Source of the DNA: Phallusia mammillata | Lineage: Eukaryota | Assembly: GCA_965637545.1 (NCBI GenBank) | Contig: OZ281500.1 | Span: 21,886,001 to 21,950,000 of the forward strand | DNA length: 64,000 nucleotides | Reading direction: 5' to 3' | Shown here: positions 12,271 to 26,108 of the stretch, piece after piece | Numbering within the stretch: the stretch's first letter is position 1 | Layout of the letters: each line of letters starts with the position of its first letter | Made by a program: the position numbers and the translations under genes | Notes under the pieces: model-generated | What the model was told of the DNA's origin: nothing | The model's input: the letters and a program-made list of their open reading frames with translations, nothing else | The model's database searches: none

Positions 12271-12700
12271 CTGCAAGACAAAAACATCACCGTTACAGAC
12301 TCATAACAATTAAACTGTCTTCAAAACGAGTAGACATAATGTACAAAATTGAGTGAAATGATTTTTGCCGGTGACATTGAAAAGGGGTATAACAAAATCA
12401 TCAGACCAATGAACTGCATTCTATTGTGTTATTGCATTTCCGCATGAACTGTGTAAAATGTGACGATAAAAAATTGAACATTTAGGTGGGAAAAGACTCA
12501 AAACTTTGGACAAGGATTTGTACATATTCTTTGTATTCCTATACGACAAGAACATGAAACCTTAAATTCAGATTTTTTTACATTTCTGGTTTCACGAACG
12601 TAACAGTTTGGTTTAAAATAAACACTGCCTTGTCGGGTGAAGCAAAAACAAATTTAAGTTCATAAAAAACTCTAAAAAACAGAGCCACCATGCACACAGC

Positions 12701-12849
12701 CAGGCTTTTTAAGGTTTGGTTTGGGTGACCGGTAAGTAGTTTTAAGAGACCGCAAGTGTTTCATTTAAATACCAAAAACTGTAGTTGTAGTTGCAAGTCC
12801 AAATTTTGGGAAACCGCTGGAGAAATTTGAACACCTTAAAAAAACACTG
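12701..12849. mobile_element. hAT-type MITE, family 2, copy A (149 bp)
   Basis: Ends CAGGCTTTTTAAGG / CCTTAAAAAAACACTG, near-perfect 8-bp TSD (cacacagc/tacacagc), long near-identity to 57708-57868. Confidence 0.85.
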
Positions 12850-13888
12850 TACACAGCACCGCTAAAACATGAACAAGTTTTATGTTGCCAGCAACACGGG
12901 GTCTTAATGGATTTTGAGAAACTTTTCGTTAAAACAAGCTCTACACTGAATAATTTATGTGCTGTTTGGAGCATTGTGCACTAGAGAGTTTGAATGAAGG
13001 CCAATTTGCTCTCAAACCCGATGTGTGCTGATGCGACGATGGGCAATGATGGCCCGTCTGTGACCCGATCTAATTAAACACCCATGATGTGATGTTTGAT
13101 TCGATGTTTGTATTAATGCAAGGGTGTGATTGCAAGGTCGTATTACGGAATAAAGACAAAATAAATTAAAAAATATTATGTGATCTTAAAGGGGAAATTT
13201 GCGCTTGTTTTAGCAACAAATCCACGTTAAGTTTGGAAAATGACTTGACAGGGTGACATAGCAAAGATAGTTACGGGTCAATTTAAAACGCATTCAATAA
13301 CATCAACCGATGCTTTTTCAAAACCAGTAAAACGATACTTAGGTTTTTTAAAACAAACTTTAACGTCGACGCAGCAAGTCTTTGTATAAATCGAAACACT
13401 TCAACCAACGTATCAATCGGAAACAACCAAATAGGGTCAAGATCAAATCTATTCACTCCTCGATTTTCGATCACACACTTGAACCTTAATTCTCTCTAAT
13501 ATCTCCGGTCCGTATCTTTAAGCGCTGACAGATGTTCCCATTATCCCATGAGCAATACACTGGCTAAAAATCGCATTACACGTCGAATTTGTAACACGTC
13601 AGCGGTTTCAAAGACCATAGGAGTAGATGCGGCATGAGGTAAAGGCAAGTCTGTTGTGAGGTGCTGAATAAGGTCAACACAACCGCACACGGCAGTACAA
13701 CACCATGTTGGCACATTTGTGTATTGATTGGGTCCTTGGATTCCAACAACCTGTCGCCTGATTGTAGTGCGCACACAATTTTTTCCCTTTATAATCAAGG
13801 GTGTAGAACCTGCGGCCTTCAAGCCAAAAGCGACCTTTTGAATAAAGGTTGTTTAGACCACGAAGTCGATTTTTAATAAAGTGTGGCG

Positions 13889-14301
13889 CAGAGTTGCAAG
13901 TGGGGCCGGGCTTTTCGGGCCGGGTTCGGGTTCGGGCCGGGTTCGGGCTTAAGTATTTGTGAGAAAACGGGCTTAAAACGGGCCTGACTTTACGTTCCGT
14001 GTCCGCCATTTTTTTAAATAAAATCACTTAGCTAATTAACAAGTCTCTGGCCTTGACCTAATGTCCACCCTACTCTAAAACACATAGTTTACGCCATTGT
14101 CTCCTATTGTTCATTGTGTTTGTTGTCTTTCTCATTTTTCTTTATCATCCTTTGTTGCAAGGGTTTCGTCGACCTGTCAATCAAAATTTCGGGCCTAAAC
14201 GGGCTTTGCAAAAACGTTTCGGGTTCGGGCCGGGCTTCGGGCTTATATTTTCGGGTTTGGGCCGGGTTCGGGCTCAGATTTTGGGCCCGCTTGCAACTCT
14301 G
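13889..14301. mobile_element. hAT-type MITE, 413 bp
   Basis: TIR CAGAGTTGCAAG / CTTGCAACTCTG, perfect 8-bp TSD GTGTGGCG (13881-13888, 14302-14309), subterminal GGGCCGGG(T/C)TCGGG repeats, no ORF of note. Confidence 0.92.
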
Positions 14302-15755
14302 GTGTGGCGGGCAAAACTATTTTAAAGCAGTGCTATTAAGAGCATTTTTTTGTTTTTGAGCAGATCAATGCATTCAGAGCTATTTTTGTGCAATCTAACA
14401 ACACGGCTAGAATTACTTGCGAACTTTACCAAAAGCTGTAAGCTAAATATAACTATGTTTGGGACGCAACAAAGTAGTCAACTTGTGTCACACGTAAAGG
14501 TGCGGCCCGCGGTCTAGCCATGTTAACTGTACTCGGTACATGAGTGCTAAAGCTCGTAAACCCCTGCTTTAATCACTTTGTCTCACAAAACTCCAGGACT
14601 CAATTTGTTCGTAAGACACAAAGTTTATAGTGTTTAACTTGCTTTTGAAGAGAGTACTTAAGAAAACTATCTGTATTGTTACATATTAGATAACGGCAAA
14701 AAACAGGTGTATTAAAGTAAATGTGCACACCTGAAACCACAGTGGGATATTTCGTCAACACAAACCGCTTTTACAGAAGTATTTTAGCGTGTAATAGGCG
14801 AAACATGTTGCAGCAACACGCTAGACTTGTTTAAGTCTTAATGTGAATTCGTTTATTACCCGAAAAAAAATCCTCGCTTGTATAATGAACAGTGTAGACT
14901 GTAGAGCGTTTCACACCACATGTTAAAAACATGCGGGCTCAAAATCATGCCCTAAACGCAGTTTAGCGACACCAAAGCCCCGTTGTTGCCTTGTAAACGT
15001 TCAGTAATGACGCCAAACTACACGAAAACCATGTTACCTTGCCGTATTTACAAAATCCAGAACAAGGAATTTACGCACCTAAACACGCGGCGTGTCAAAA
15101 CCAGAAAATTATACGGCGTGTCAAAATCGAAAACAACTTGTTTTGTCTATCTTTCCGCGAACAACTACAAAGTCGCAACGAACGACAAACAGTTGAGGGT
15201 AAGGGTGCGTTTTGGGATAATTTGCTTGAATGAATGTGTGTGGTCCGCGTCGTAATCAAATTATCAACAATAACAACGCGACACTGCCGCTGCGGGCAAA
15301 GTGAGTAAAGAAAATTAGATGAAATTGCGAAGCTGGAATAAGGATAATTTCTACTCATTTAAAATGAATTTGTCAATCCCCGAAAATAGAAAAACACAGT
15401 TTTAATGCAAAACTATTTTCGAACGAGGCAATTTAGAATGAATATTACTTTAACAAAGAACCAAATGTACCAAAAAAAATGGGACACATTAGATGATATA
15501 AATCTATGTCTCATTTGATGTGGTTATATGCTAGTGACGAAATGATCACAAATCGATTATGTCATCGGCGAACTGCGCTTGTGTTATGAGTCAAGGTTCA
15601 CGACTGTGACGTAACAACGGGGTAATTGAACACACGCAGAGTGAGAACTCAACCTTTATCTCCCAGAAAACACAAAATATTTGTTCTTAGAACTCAAATC
15701 AAGTTGGTTATAACCTCGTAATCATTTGTGCATGTTCTTTAACGTATGATGGTCC

Positions 15756-15935
15756 TAGAATTGTAAATTGGCCCGACCCTGAAAACACAGGCCCTTTATA
15801 TTTGTGAGAACAAGCCCCAATTTTTGCTACAGTCAGTTTAACCAACGTGAAAGTATGATACATATGTCAGTCCCAAATCAAGCCCATATCATTTAAAACT
15901 AAACCTGAACCCGGAAACCGGGAGTTACAACTCTA
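15756..15935. mobile_element. Old degenerate MITE, probably related to the 13889 family
   Basis: Imperfect TIR TAGA(A/G)TTGTAA and shared tatttgtgagaa segment; no TSD preserved. Confidence 0.4.
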
Positions 15936-16433
15936 CAATGCATTTATCTGATTAGTAGTAAAATGTTTAAGCAAAATATGTTCGTATAAGTCGTGGCAGT
16001 AGTTTGTGGCATCAGCTTTATTTAAATTTATTCTGGATATTAAGCATCCACCGTTGAATCTTTCGCTAAGGTACCAAATATATGGGCATACATACTGCAA
16101 TACATGGGATGTAGTTATAAAGGGTGGTTTTAATATAACCAGTGGCTGTCACATTCGATGTTAAGTAAACTTTGCTTAACCTTTTTGGCCTCTTGCTGAC
16201 CTGTGGATGAGTTAATATTCAGACGAAACGTCAGTTTTTGACATCAACCTTTTGACGAGAGGTTTTAATAACTTCTCTGGCATTGTCACAACTCGTGTAC
16301 TATCAACACTTATTGGGTAAGATATTTTCAACATGTGGTCAAAACGCACGCCTTAATTTTCCTGCTGCATCAATTTTCGAAATGTGTTTCGATTTTTTCA
16401 GGCCTACAACTGTGGGTTTGTCCAAGTTCTTAC

Positions 16434-16554
16434 CGTAGACTTTAAGTGTAGCTGGTTCGCTTTCTACAGATCCAGCTGCGTTGGTGGCAACACAAACGTA
16501 CGTTCCAGCGTCGCTTTTCACTGCGCGTGTGATCACTAAATTGTAGTTGCGGAT
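16434..16554 (-). CDS. robo: Robo-like exon: Ig2 second half (IRNYNLVITRAVKSDAGTYVCVATNAAGSVESEPATLKVY)
   Basis: ctttcag| and G|gtaaga; 121 nt, phase 0 to 1; KSDAGxYVCV...ESE matches Robo Ig2. Confidence 0.95.
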
Positions 16555-16741
16555 CTGAAAGAGATACATGTACATAAATTCAAATTCCAACAAGGTTTAA
16601 CTTTCTATTCTAGCATATACATGGCCACATGTGTACAAACGCTTTAGTAGTGATTGAAATTAAGTAAAGAACCACTTCTTGTCATAGAAAACTCGTTTGC
16701 CTATCTAATTTTTGCTTTTACACTCGCAAGATCTCATATTA

Positions 16742-16837
16742 CATAAGATTGTAGAAATACTTTAAGCTCCTCGCGGTCCCCCAGAAATCGCGTGGCGGAC
16801 CCCTAAGGGACCGCGGACCCCAGTTTGAGAACCGTTA
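16742..16837 (-). mobile_element. Charlie-like hAT fragment in the small Ig2 intron
   Basis: ggaccccagtttgagaaccg terminus; its reverse complement aligns with 63260-63350. Confidence 0.7.
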
Positions 16838-16885
16838 CATTGCAATACAAGGTAACAATTAATTCTTAGATTAGGGTCACTGTAC

Positions 16886-17040
16886 CTGTGTTCTTCGGTT
16901 GGGAAGTACCGGGCGCCCCCCTTTTTTCCACGTGACGCGGGGATCGGGAAACCCCCTGGGTGGCTGACATTGCAAGGCGGTTTGTTGACCTTTAATCGCG
17001 TTTTCGTCGATGGGTGAGATTCGAAATGTATTCTTGATAT
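16886..17040 (-). CDS. robo: Robo-like exon: Ig2 first half (YIKNTFRISP...LQCQPPRGFPDPRVTWKKGG...RTQ)
   Basis: tttttcag| and CAG|gtacag; 155 nt, phase 1 to 0; CQPPRGxPxP is a Robo Ig2 signature. Confidence 0.95.
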
Positions 17041-20000
17041 CTGAAAAACAAATGAAAATCATTTTAAACTTAAACATTTAGTTTAGCAAGTTTCTAAATC
17101 ATAATTTCTCGGTTTGTTTTCAAGAAATGAGTGATTTTCTTAAGTTTCTAATTTTATTTTTATGGCTTGGACTTTTAAACAGATTCAAAATGAGTTTTTT
17201 CGGATATTTTGTCATTTTTTATTAATCTTTTAGGTAAAGTTAACACAGAATCACCTTAAAACAGAAGTAAGAAAGCAAATAGGATAAAACAAAATTAAAA
17301 CTTCCACCTGAAACCACAACCACAACAATATGAACATGCAGATACAATATTAATGTAAGGTACAGACAAACTTATTCAAATGGTCATAAAAATGACACCC
17401 CGAAATCAAATAATCCCTATTAACCAAAAAGTAATTAAAATAAATTAATCCACAATCTCTAGACACAAACAAGACCGATACACAGGTATGGTGAGCCACA
17501 CTACACGACAAAGCCAATGCATTATGCATAGAACACGTACAAAGAGAATCGATCAAATGGAATTTCACCAAGTCGCACGTTCGCCTATTGAAAGGCCTAA
17601 TTCCCCTGTACATTGTAATACACAGGTTCGTCGCTACATTGGCATGTTGTTGTCTTAAGCTGATCAAATAAATACCGCCCAATACACATTTTCTCCTCGA
17701 CACAAGAGGGCACCAAAAAGCGGAAGTATTTAAGCTTCAAGGGGAGCCAAGAATTATTTTTCCTATGATCCCACTTTAACGCTGTTTTAGGCAGTATTGA
17801 TAAAATTTGTAAAATAAAATTTAGTTTGAATTGTGTTTTTGTGCTAATAATCCTTCACAAATATTTCACAACCTTTCTACAAAACTATGAACAGATTGAA
17901 AATGCTAAGAAATGTGTTAAATATGACCACATGTTTCCGAAGAATTACCCAGATAAACTTCAAGGAGAAAATGGCCAATCATGTCACTTGTAACAAAACT
18001 GAGCCACTTGGCAGCTCAAAACCGGATCAGACCACGACAGAAGCCCGAAAATCAACAAATCACGACAAAGTATGGTGGTTGTTTACACAAATAGGATTTT
18101 ACCAAACATTCGCCATTAAAGAAGACCAGTGGTCGACTTATACGGTCAAGATATTCGTAAATGAAGCGCAGTGTGCAGATGGTTTGCTTAAATCAAGTTG
18201 TATTGGTTTATTCAAGACAAAATGCCTGGCTGAAAAAGACTTACATTTTTATTATTAAAACATGAAAGTTGAAAAAGTATAAATGATGTCAGGTAATGAC
18301 AATTTTAGTGTAGATAGTTCAAATTAATCACATAAAACATGTTATTTTGTTAAATGGATTTAATGCGAGTACTCATATACGGGAAAAGGTATAACCTTAT
18401 AAAAACGTCAAATTTCAACAATCATACATTGTTATACGTTAATATACTTATTTAATCAAAAGGTAAAAATACAGGCTTTTAATTTTCCTCAACACCCCCA
18501 TATCCTCCCCAATGCCTAATTCTTACCCAATACCATTGTAAGTACAAGTTATATTCTGCTATTTAAGTGTTTTTGTTTAGGTTAAGTCTTTGACCAGTAC
18601 CGCAAAAACTCCCAGTTACACAGTAGTCATGTCCCACAACCAGTTAATGTCTTACAGATGGTCGTTAGTTTCAGTAGACTGGATGCCCCTGGTGGCGAAA
18701 GACGACGATCGCAATCGATTAAGCTTAAATTACCGGCAACTAATTGACGGGTGGCACAGCAGGCAACCGTTCAACTCCGCTCATACCACGGGTCACTATA
18801 GCCGGCTTTAAATACCCAGGGGACCTCTATTGTGTAAAGGCTGATGACTACTACTGACTGTTGATAACTGGACTTGTGGGTAAATACCGCAAGATCGGTT
18901 GCCCAAAAATGTTAACACTTTTTTGCAGATGTCAACTATACGGTATGTATATTTCTCTTTTTGGATAGTTTTTCAGGCAAATCAATTGCGTCATTACGAT
19001 TCCTGGCAATGGAAAAGGGTGTTAGTCATACAACTAAACGAAACAGATGAGAGGTTAACCAAGTTGCCAGCACACATTTACAAAATTGTCCAAGTATTAA
19101 AATCAGTCATATATATACAAACACAACATAAAAACATTACATTGGCAAACAAATTTACTGGTTAACACTTCAAATTCAAACATAATATTCTGTGCAAATC
19201 AATACCTCTTTGGGACTCAATTAACAATAAATCTAACGATTCAAGCGGTCGGATTCGAATCTAGTTTTAGCACTATATTTGAAACCATCAAGAACGTCAC
19301 GCATTAGAACTCAGGTCACCTTCACGTCCAGTGCAAACATATGACGCTTATACCACGGGTATTAAATATCATCTCTCGCGCATCTAAAGAACTCAAAGTC
19401 GCGATAATCTATAACAGATACCGGGTTACGTTGCCGATATTCACAACTTCGACGCGTTAAAGTTCAGTATCTGACGAAATCTGAGCCGGGTGAAGTATTG
19501 GATTAAAGATGGAGAATTCTGTTTTTTCGTCGTCGCGGATCAAAAACCTTGCGCGGCGTCAAGTGACGTCGACGCCGGTTGCCTAGCAACGGTACACACG
19601 ACACCGGGCTCATCCAGGTGGCTCGCGCGGTCTTGGCAAGATGTTATCGAATTTTACAAAGTGGACCGGTCGAAAGCATTATGTTCTCGTTTTCGAGATG
19701 GCGAGAGATATTTAAAGGGGATCCGAAAATATTTTTGTCGATGTTGCGCGAAAGGTCATTAGGTGCCAAAACTGCAAAATCGCTGACAAGGTATTTTTAG
19801 CCAAAATTTAATGTAAAATGTTTGTGTGTAGTTTTAAAGTCGATTAGGCAATATTTTGCACACCTTATAAAATAACACAGCTGGTAAAATGTATTTAAAC
19901 TACAATTGAGAATTTATAAATCCTGATTCTAATTTCATCTTGCTTAAAAGGCGCCTTTTCCCCAAAAATATAAACTATATATGCATGATGAACGTTTTCA

Positions 20001-22176
20001 GTAATTTAACTACTAAGCCATTTTAAATAGTTTCCAAAAATATTCGTACGGTTTTCCTTTAAACCTTTATGACGCTGCGTTTGCGACCGAATGACGCGTC
20101 GATTTGCGATGAAACGAAATCGAATTCTACACGCAGACAAACAGTGAAAAATTTCCTTATCGCCTTCGCATAAATGCCGATGCCCGGAATGTAAAGTGGG
20201 CACACCGAGGCCGCACAATGTTATCTACTTCGGCCATCAGAACACATTTAGCTCAGTTTCGAACGCTCGGTCGTCTAACGGGTTCCACAAACAAGGGGGC
20301 ACGTAAGGGCCGGTCGATAAATTGTTAAGGGGTTGAAATATGGGTAACAAGGGTCGGTTCATTATTTAAAAAAGGAGGTGTCGACACTTAAGTATAAGGA
20401 GGTCGTGTAGGCGAATATTTTGTAAAAACAGTGCAGGAGGGCCTTTTTGCGAACGGGTTAACCTTTTTACTGTGTTTTAGTGCCACTGACAAAAGGCGCT
20501 AAAATTAAATGCACCAAAACGGCAAAAATACTTGTAATTCGTAGGTTAAAATATAGCTGCCAGTGCATTCACTATAGAAGCTCCCATTTATTCATTCGGC
20601 TTACTAACAACAAAAAATACAAAAAGAAACGACCTTTGGAGACATGCAGACGCCCCTGTCAGCCATATAAGGGGTCAAGTTTCCTTTGGTAAACGGGGGT
20701 TATTAAATTTCATTCTTGCTGCGACCGCCAACCGCCCAGGAAACAACAATCACTTTGTGGTATTTGATCTTTAATCGCTTGTAATAAAATTATCTATAAT
20801 TTGATATAGCAAGAGTATATTTTATATATTTTGTAATGATTCGTTGGATGTAAATCCCCCGAACTATTGACTCCTTGGGCATATAATGTGCTATGCATAT
20901 GTAGTTGAAACCAAAGTCTTTTGAAAAACGTCCCTAAAAGAAGTATTTAAAAATGTATATTTTATATTTTGGAAACATTTCTTTCAAGATTAACACTATA
21001 GTGCACAAACATTCATTTGAAATTTAGAAAGGCATAACCCATAATTACTCATTCAAATTTCTCAGGCAAGGTTTCCTATAACAAAACTACACTCTAATAC
21101 TTCATAGAGATTACAAATGTTGGTAAAAATGTGTCAGAACATTTTGCGGATGTAAGGAACATGTCGCACACATGTCGAGTCATCTTGAGTCATTGGGACA
21201 AGAATTCAGGATTGTGCAAACAGATTTGAAGGTAACTATTGTGCAAAATCGCCCACGCAAAAACACTTCTCCTGTAGTCAGGAATTCAATGTTGTTACAT
21301 CAGGGATTGTGGTTAATGTGAAAGTATAAAGGAATACACACGTTGAGAGGCGCATGCATGTTTGCAGAAACTACTAGCCTGTAATGTGGACAAAACAAAA
21401 GCAACTAACTTGCTAATTTGGCTTTACAATTTCTTGTCTGGTACTGGTTTCATATTTATGCAATTTGAAAGTAGATAAACTTTTGAGTCCCCAAAAATAA
21501 TGCTTGATAAACTTAAATCTCCCAAAGATTTTGCAAATTTATTCTATTTGAATAAGGAAATGTTGGTGTTAGAAAATTTTTGTTCAAACATACAGTATTC
21601 CATAAAACGATGTGTGAATCGATTGATTCTTGTTCAGTATTATCAGTTTTCGAAGTTAACAAAACTTTCACGCTGCTATCAAAATAACTTCCACAAATAC
21701 CGAAAAACAAGTCATTGAGTTGGAAGGAATAATCTATTTGGGATATCTTGCCTCTAAATTCCGGATGTTTGTGTCTTGTTGTGCACCCCTAAATCCCTAG
21801 TGACCCCCAAAACTTTTCGTCGTTCTACATTTGCTCGATAGCCAAAGACCGATGGATTACCGGACCCGCTACGTAATCCGGGAGAGACCCTCGACGGCGA
21901 CTACAAATCGCCATTGTGACGTCACAAGTGGGTTGCGAGTGGCGCATCTTTATTTGAACAGTTTTACTTTTTGGCGACGACGGGAGACCGACGGCAGGGT
22001 GCAGTCACGTGATCTTATCGCGTGGGTGGGATTTTGGGAGAAAATTGTTTTTTTGTTTTAACATAAAGTTTAGTTTTTTTAACGACCGAATCCAACACTA
22101 CAAGCTTATGTATAGTGAATACTTTCTATCGCGTATTATTCAAAAATCGCTACGAAAATATACTGACTATATACAA

Positions 22177-22390
22177 CAGTGATTCTTAAACGCGGGCCGA
22201 GGGCCGCATGCGCCCCAACTACTTATTTTGCGGCTCACACCAGACCTCAGAAAACCACCCAAGATTGCTATTTTAGCTTTCAAGGTAATAATCTTTAGTG
22301 ATTTTCTCAGGGTTTTGTTTGTTGGCGGCTCCCTACACACTTAAAAAATATCATTTGGCCCCGAGAAACTAACAAGTTTGAGAACCACTG
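22177..22390. mobile_element. Charlie-like hAT MITE, 214 bp
   Basis: Ends CAGTGATTCTTAAAC / GTTTGAGAACCACTG; CTATATAC on both sides (left copy offset by 2 nt). Confidence 0.8.
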
Positions 22391-25300
22391 CTATATACCA
22401 TCTGTACAACGAGTTATTTTACATCAAGCCACTTTCAAATGTTTCCGAAACACCAATTACAAGACAATTCTCCGCCATTAGGACGTCATCGATTGCGTGT
22501 CGCGTGCGTGACGTCATCAATCACGTGATCAACAAATCGCGTCCGTCTCGCGGTCGAGTGAGTCGGCGAAACGTGACAGATTTGAAACCGGGTTAATTGG
22601 TCTTCGACGGCCCAACGAGAAGCGTTTTAGGCAGTAAGCGGTGAGCAACGTGCTCCTGAGGGAATTTCCCGGACACTAGAGAACTGATTGTCTCTTAATC
22701 GTTTCCTGTGACAGTAATTGGCAGACTGACCCTTTGCCTGCTAAATGGCTACTGGTACTAGTTTATGGTGTACTGTAAGCTACGATTTCAATGATTTTAT
22801 ATGTAAAATTTGAAGATATTTTAGACCAGGAAAACGTACTCTGCGTTCAACTCATGAAACTGGTCTGGACAAATCGCTTTCAATCAAAACAATATTAATA
22901 GATAAAAACGATTAGGGATCACCACTTGCATATAATATGCTTAAAAATAGTCAGTGTCTTGTTCTAATAAAGTTGGAGTTTTTTAGGTTGAAAAACAATA
23001 AACTTACAGCAACGCCAATATCTTACATATATCTAAATCTTATGTAAATTTACTCAGCACAATGTCCAACGCCTATGAGTGTCTATCAAGAGCAAAAACA
23101 TAGAAGGAGCGTTGAAAAGATAAAGCATCAGTCAGTTCTTGAGCTGATCAATCAAAGTCTCGTTTAACTCTTGCCATTATCAGTGGTTTTCAACACACTT
23201 GGCCTGGGCCAGCAATTAAAACATTACCACCAGTCGCCAGAGACCAACCTAGAGCACGAATGATACGGAACAAGATTGCCTAACAAGTCATTGGCTCGCT
23301 TTCAGATAACTCCCTAATGACACACCAACAAGGCGGATGGCAACCTTCCAAAAACCAAGAGCTGTAAAATGCTGCAATTTTCAGTTTAAGTATACAGTTT
23401 TGTTAAATGAGTGCTACCGCAACTAATGACGAAGGCTTTAAGTATTTAGCTTTGGTAAATATTAAAAGTGTCCTGATCTGACATTATTTACCATAAACTA
23501 CGATGTAAATGCGATACTTAACGAACACATAGGGCTATTTTACAGTATACACACGAACGTGTTTGTAGGTTTAATGAGGAGTTTAACTGCTCAAAAAGTC
23601 GAAAAAGACGACATAATCTATTACGTTTCGGAAAATGCTTGATCATCACTGATGATGGCATAAGATTTGCTGAAAAGTTTCAACAATAAAGCATATCACT
23701 TTTGACGTCTACTTGGGCCGTTATATTCCTCTATTATAAACATTGAAAAGGCTTACCACGACAAAAAAGCACTCCACGCATGCACATACTCACAAAAAGG
23801 CGTAATGTCGAAAAAGAATTGCTTCTATAGCAACTTTATACAGCTACACATGGGTTAAAGGCAAAACTTATGGTAAATGTAACTTAATCGTACACCATGC
23901 AGACTTGCATCATTAAACGGCACTGGGGTGTATGTAAGCCTTTTGTTATGGTAGAAGGTCTGCACGCGTTCGTGGGCATTTTAACAGGATTTACTTCAAA
24001 AACCTGGCAGCGGTTGCCGATTTTCGCACCTCGTCCATCAACCACCCCTTACTGGTAACATGTGGCTTGTAACGCCGCCTGAACTAATGGATTTCAACGT
24101 CACAGCTTTCAACGGTTAGATGCTGGATTTTGACCAGCCCTCGTGGAGTAATTAAAGATTTGATGAAAATTACAGTGTTTACTTCATAAGATGTCAAATA
24201 TTTGCGATAAGTTCTTAAGTTTAGATTTTTTGAAGATACAAAATGTACAATTTTCCAAGATCGAAAAGTTGATTTTTCCTGAATATCAAATAATTCCAAA
24301 TCCAAAACCAAAGGCAATTTTTTTCCGGATACAATGTTTACATTATTTAAACTTTCATCTACATTTCTTGCGACAAAAACTCGGTTTCATCCCGACAAAT
24401 TGGTCTTAGTCTGGAATTTATCAATTTTGTTGTTGTAAAAAAACTAGCTTGCAATTACACCCAACTCGATTTGATACATCAGTAATATAAAGTTGCTAAA
24501 AACGTCCACAAAGCCACTCAAGTTTAGTGAGTTACTTTGAAAAAGCTTTACTGGTATTTACCCTCAAAAGATTCAGTTAAGTTCAAATAACGTGTAAAAT
24601 ATATTATGCGTGAGTAGACATCGTATTGACAAGTTGTCAACGAAACTTGGTAATGGGACGAGTTGAAAGCTGCATTAAACTTGGCCGAGATCCCGATGTA
24701 TAATATTGTGTACACCGAACACGGTCTTACAGAGATTAATGGCAAGGGTAGACACAATAAAAGCATTCCGGTTAAAAGGTAAACTCTTGCCTGAACTTGA
24801 TCATGCAACACAGGGTTTTTGAACTTGAGTTTGTATAAACATCGAAAATTTACAACGGGTTGTTATGAAGTTTCAGAACAATTATTTAAAAATGTGCGTT
24901 TGTGTTAAAATGTATTCTTTTGTCAGCTGTTTTACTTCTTAAAATGCATTTTTTTACAGAATCATACATGGAATATATATAAATCACAGGTATGATCACT
25001 ATCAGTACAAAGCATAACTGATTTTATTGAGTCTTTGATTGAGTGTTACATACATAAAATACTTTTTTTAGCTTTTTTGTGACTTGTGTTTTTTAGATTG
25101 AATTCCTATCCGTTTAGTCACTAAATTACAACCTCTATTCACAACAACCAAGAGCCTAAATTGACTTATTCCCTGTCGTAACACTTCAGACCGCGGAAAC
25201 ATAATTGAGTCAGTGTGAAAACGTCGCGCGGGTCATGAAAGGCGAGATCTTGTCCACCACTGCTAACGAAGTGACAGCACAAGTGACGAATGACTTCACT

Positions 25301-26108
25301 GACCGTCATATCTCGGGGGAAACGACCGTTACCCTTTCTGAACTGACCAACGGGCTCGGTCTAAGAAAACACCATGACTTGGTAACAGAAGTTTAAGACT
25401 CCCAGACTTATACGACTGAAAACGTGCCAACAAAGGCAACAATGGTTTGTATCAAACTAAGTGCAATGATGTTTTTTGACAAAGTATTGAAAATTTGAAA
25501 GTAGGGAGAGTGGACATGGACTTGAAAGTAGATTGATCAATAACAAAACTACCAAAAAGCTTGTATGTAGTGGACACATTATACAGAAGAAATTCAAAAA
25601 CGTTTTGGCTATCTATCATCAGTGCCTTGCAAGGCACCATTTCTACTGAAAATGAAACTTTTGCCAAACATTTCAACATCATTAAAATGCGTTAAACAAT
25701 TTAAGTAAAAAAGTTTCTTTAAAGGTGCAAAAAAACTGGATTTGAACAATCGTAAAAGCGATCATCTGAATCGTGTATATTTCATTTAGGTCAACACCTT
25801 TTTAAGATTTCCTCTGCTTTACCCCACCCGAACCATTAAACGCTTCTGCCCGAGTATCACATTCTTCTGAGATCTCGGAAATCTCGCCAGTCTGAGTGCG
25901 CTCACGGAAGGTGGCTTAACTTAAAGCTCACGCAATAAATCACTCACGCCGTCACTCAACGGTTAACCACGCGAAAATGTAATTCCGAAAAAAATTGACC
26001 AAATCCCACTGTGTCATGTCCCGTTAAACTGCAATAACTTCGAGTTGGTCGAGTTTAGTAGCTGGATTAGTTATTGCAACATCGTCTTAACCTTTGTAAT
26101 ATTGTTGT

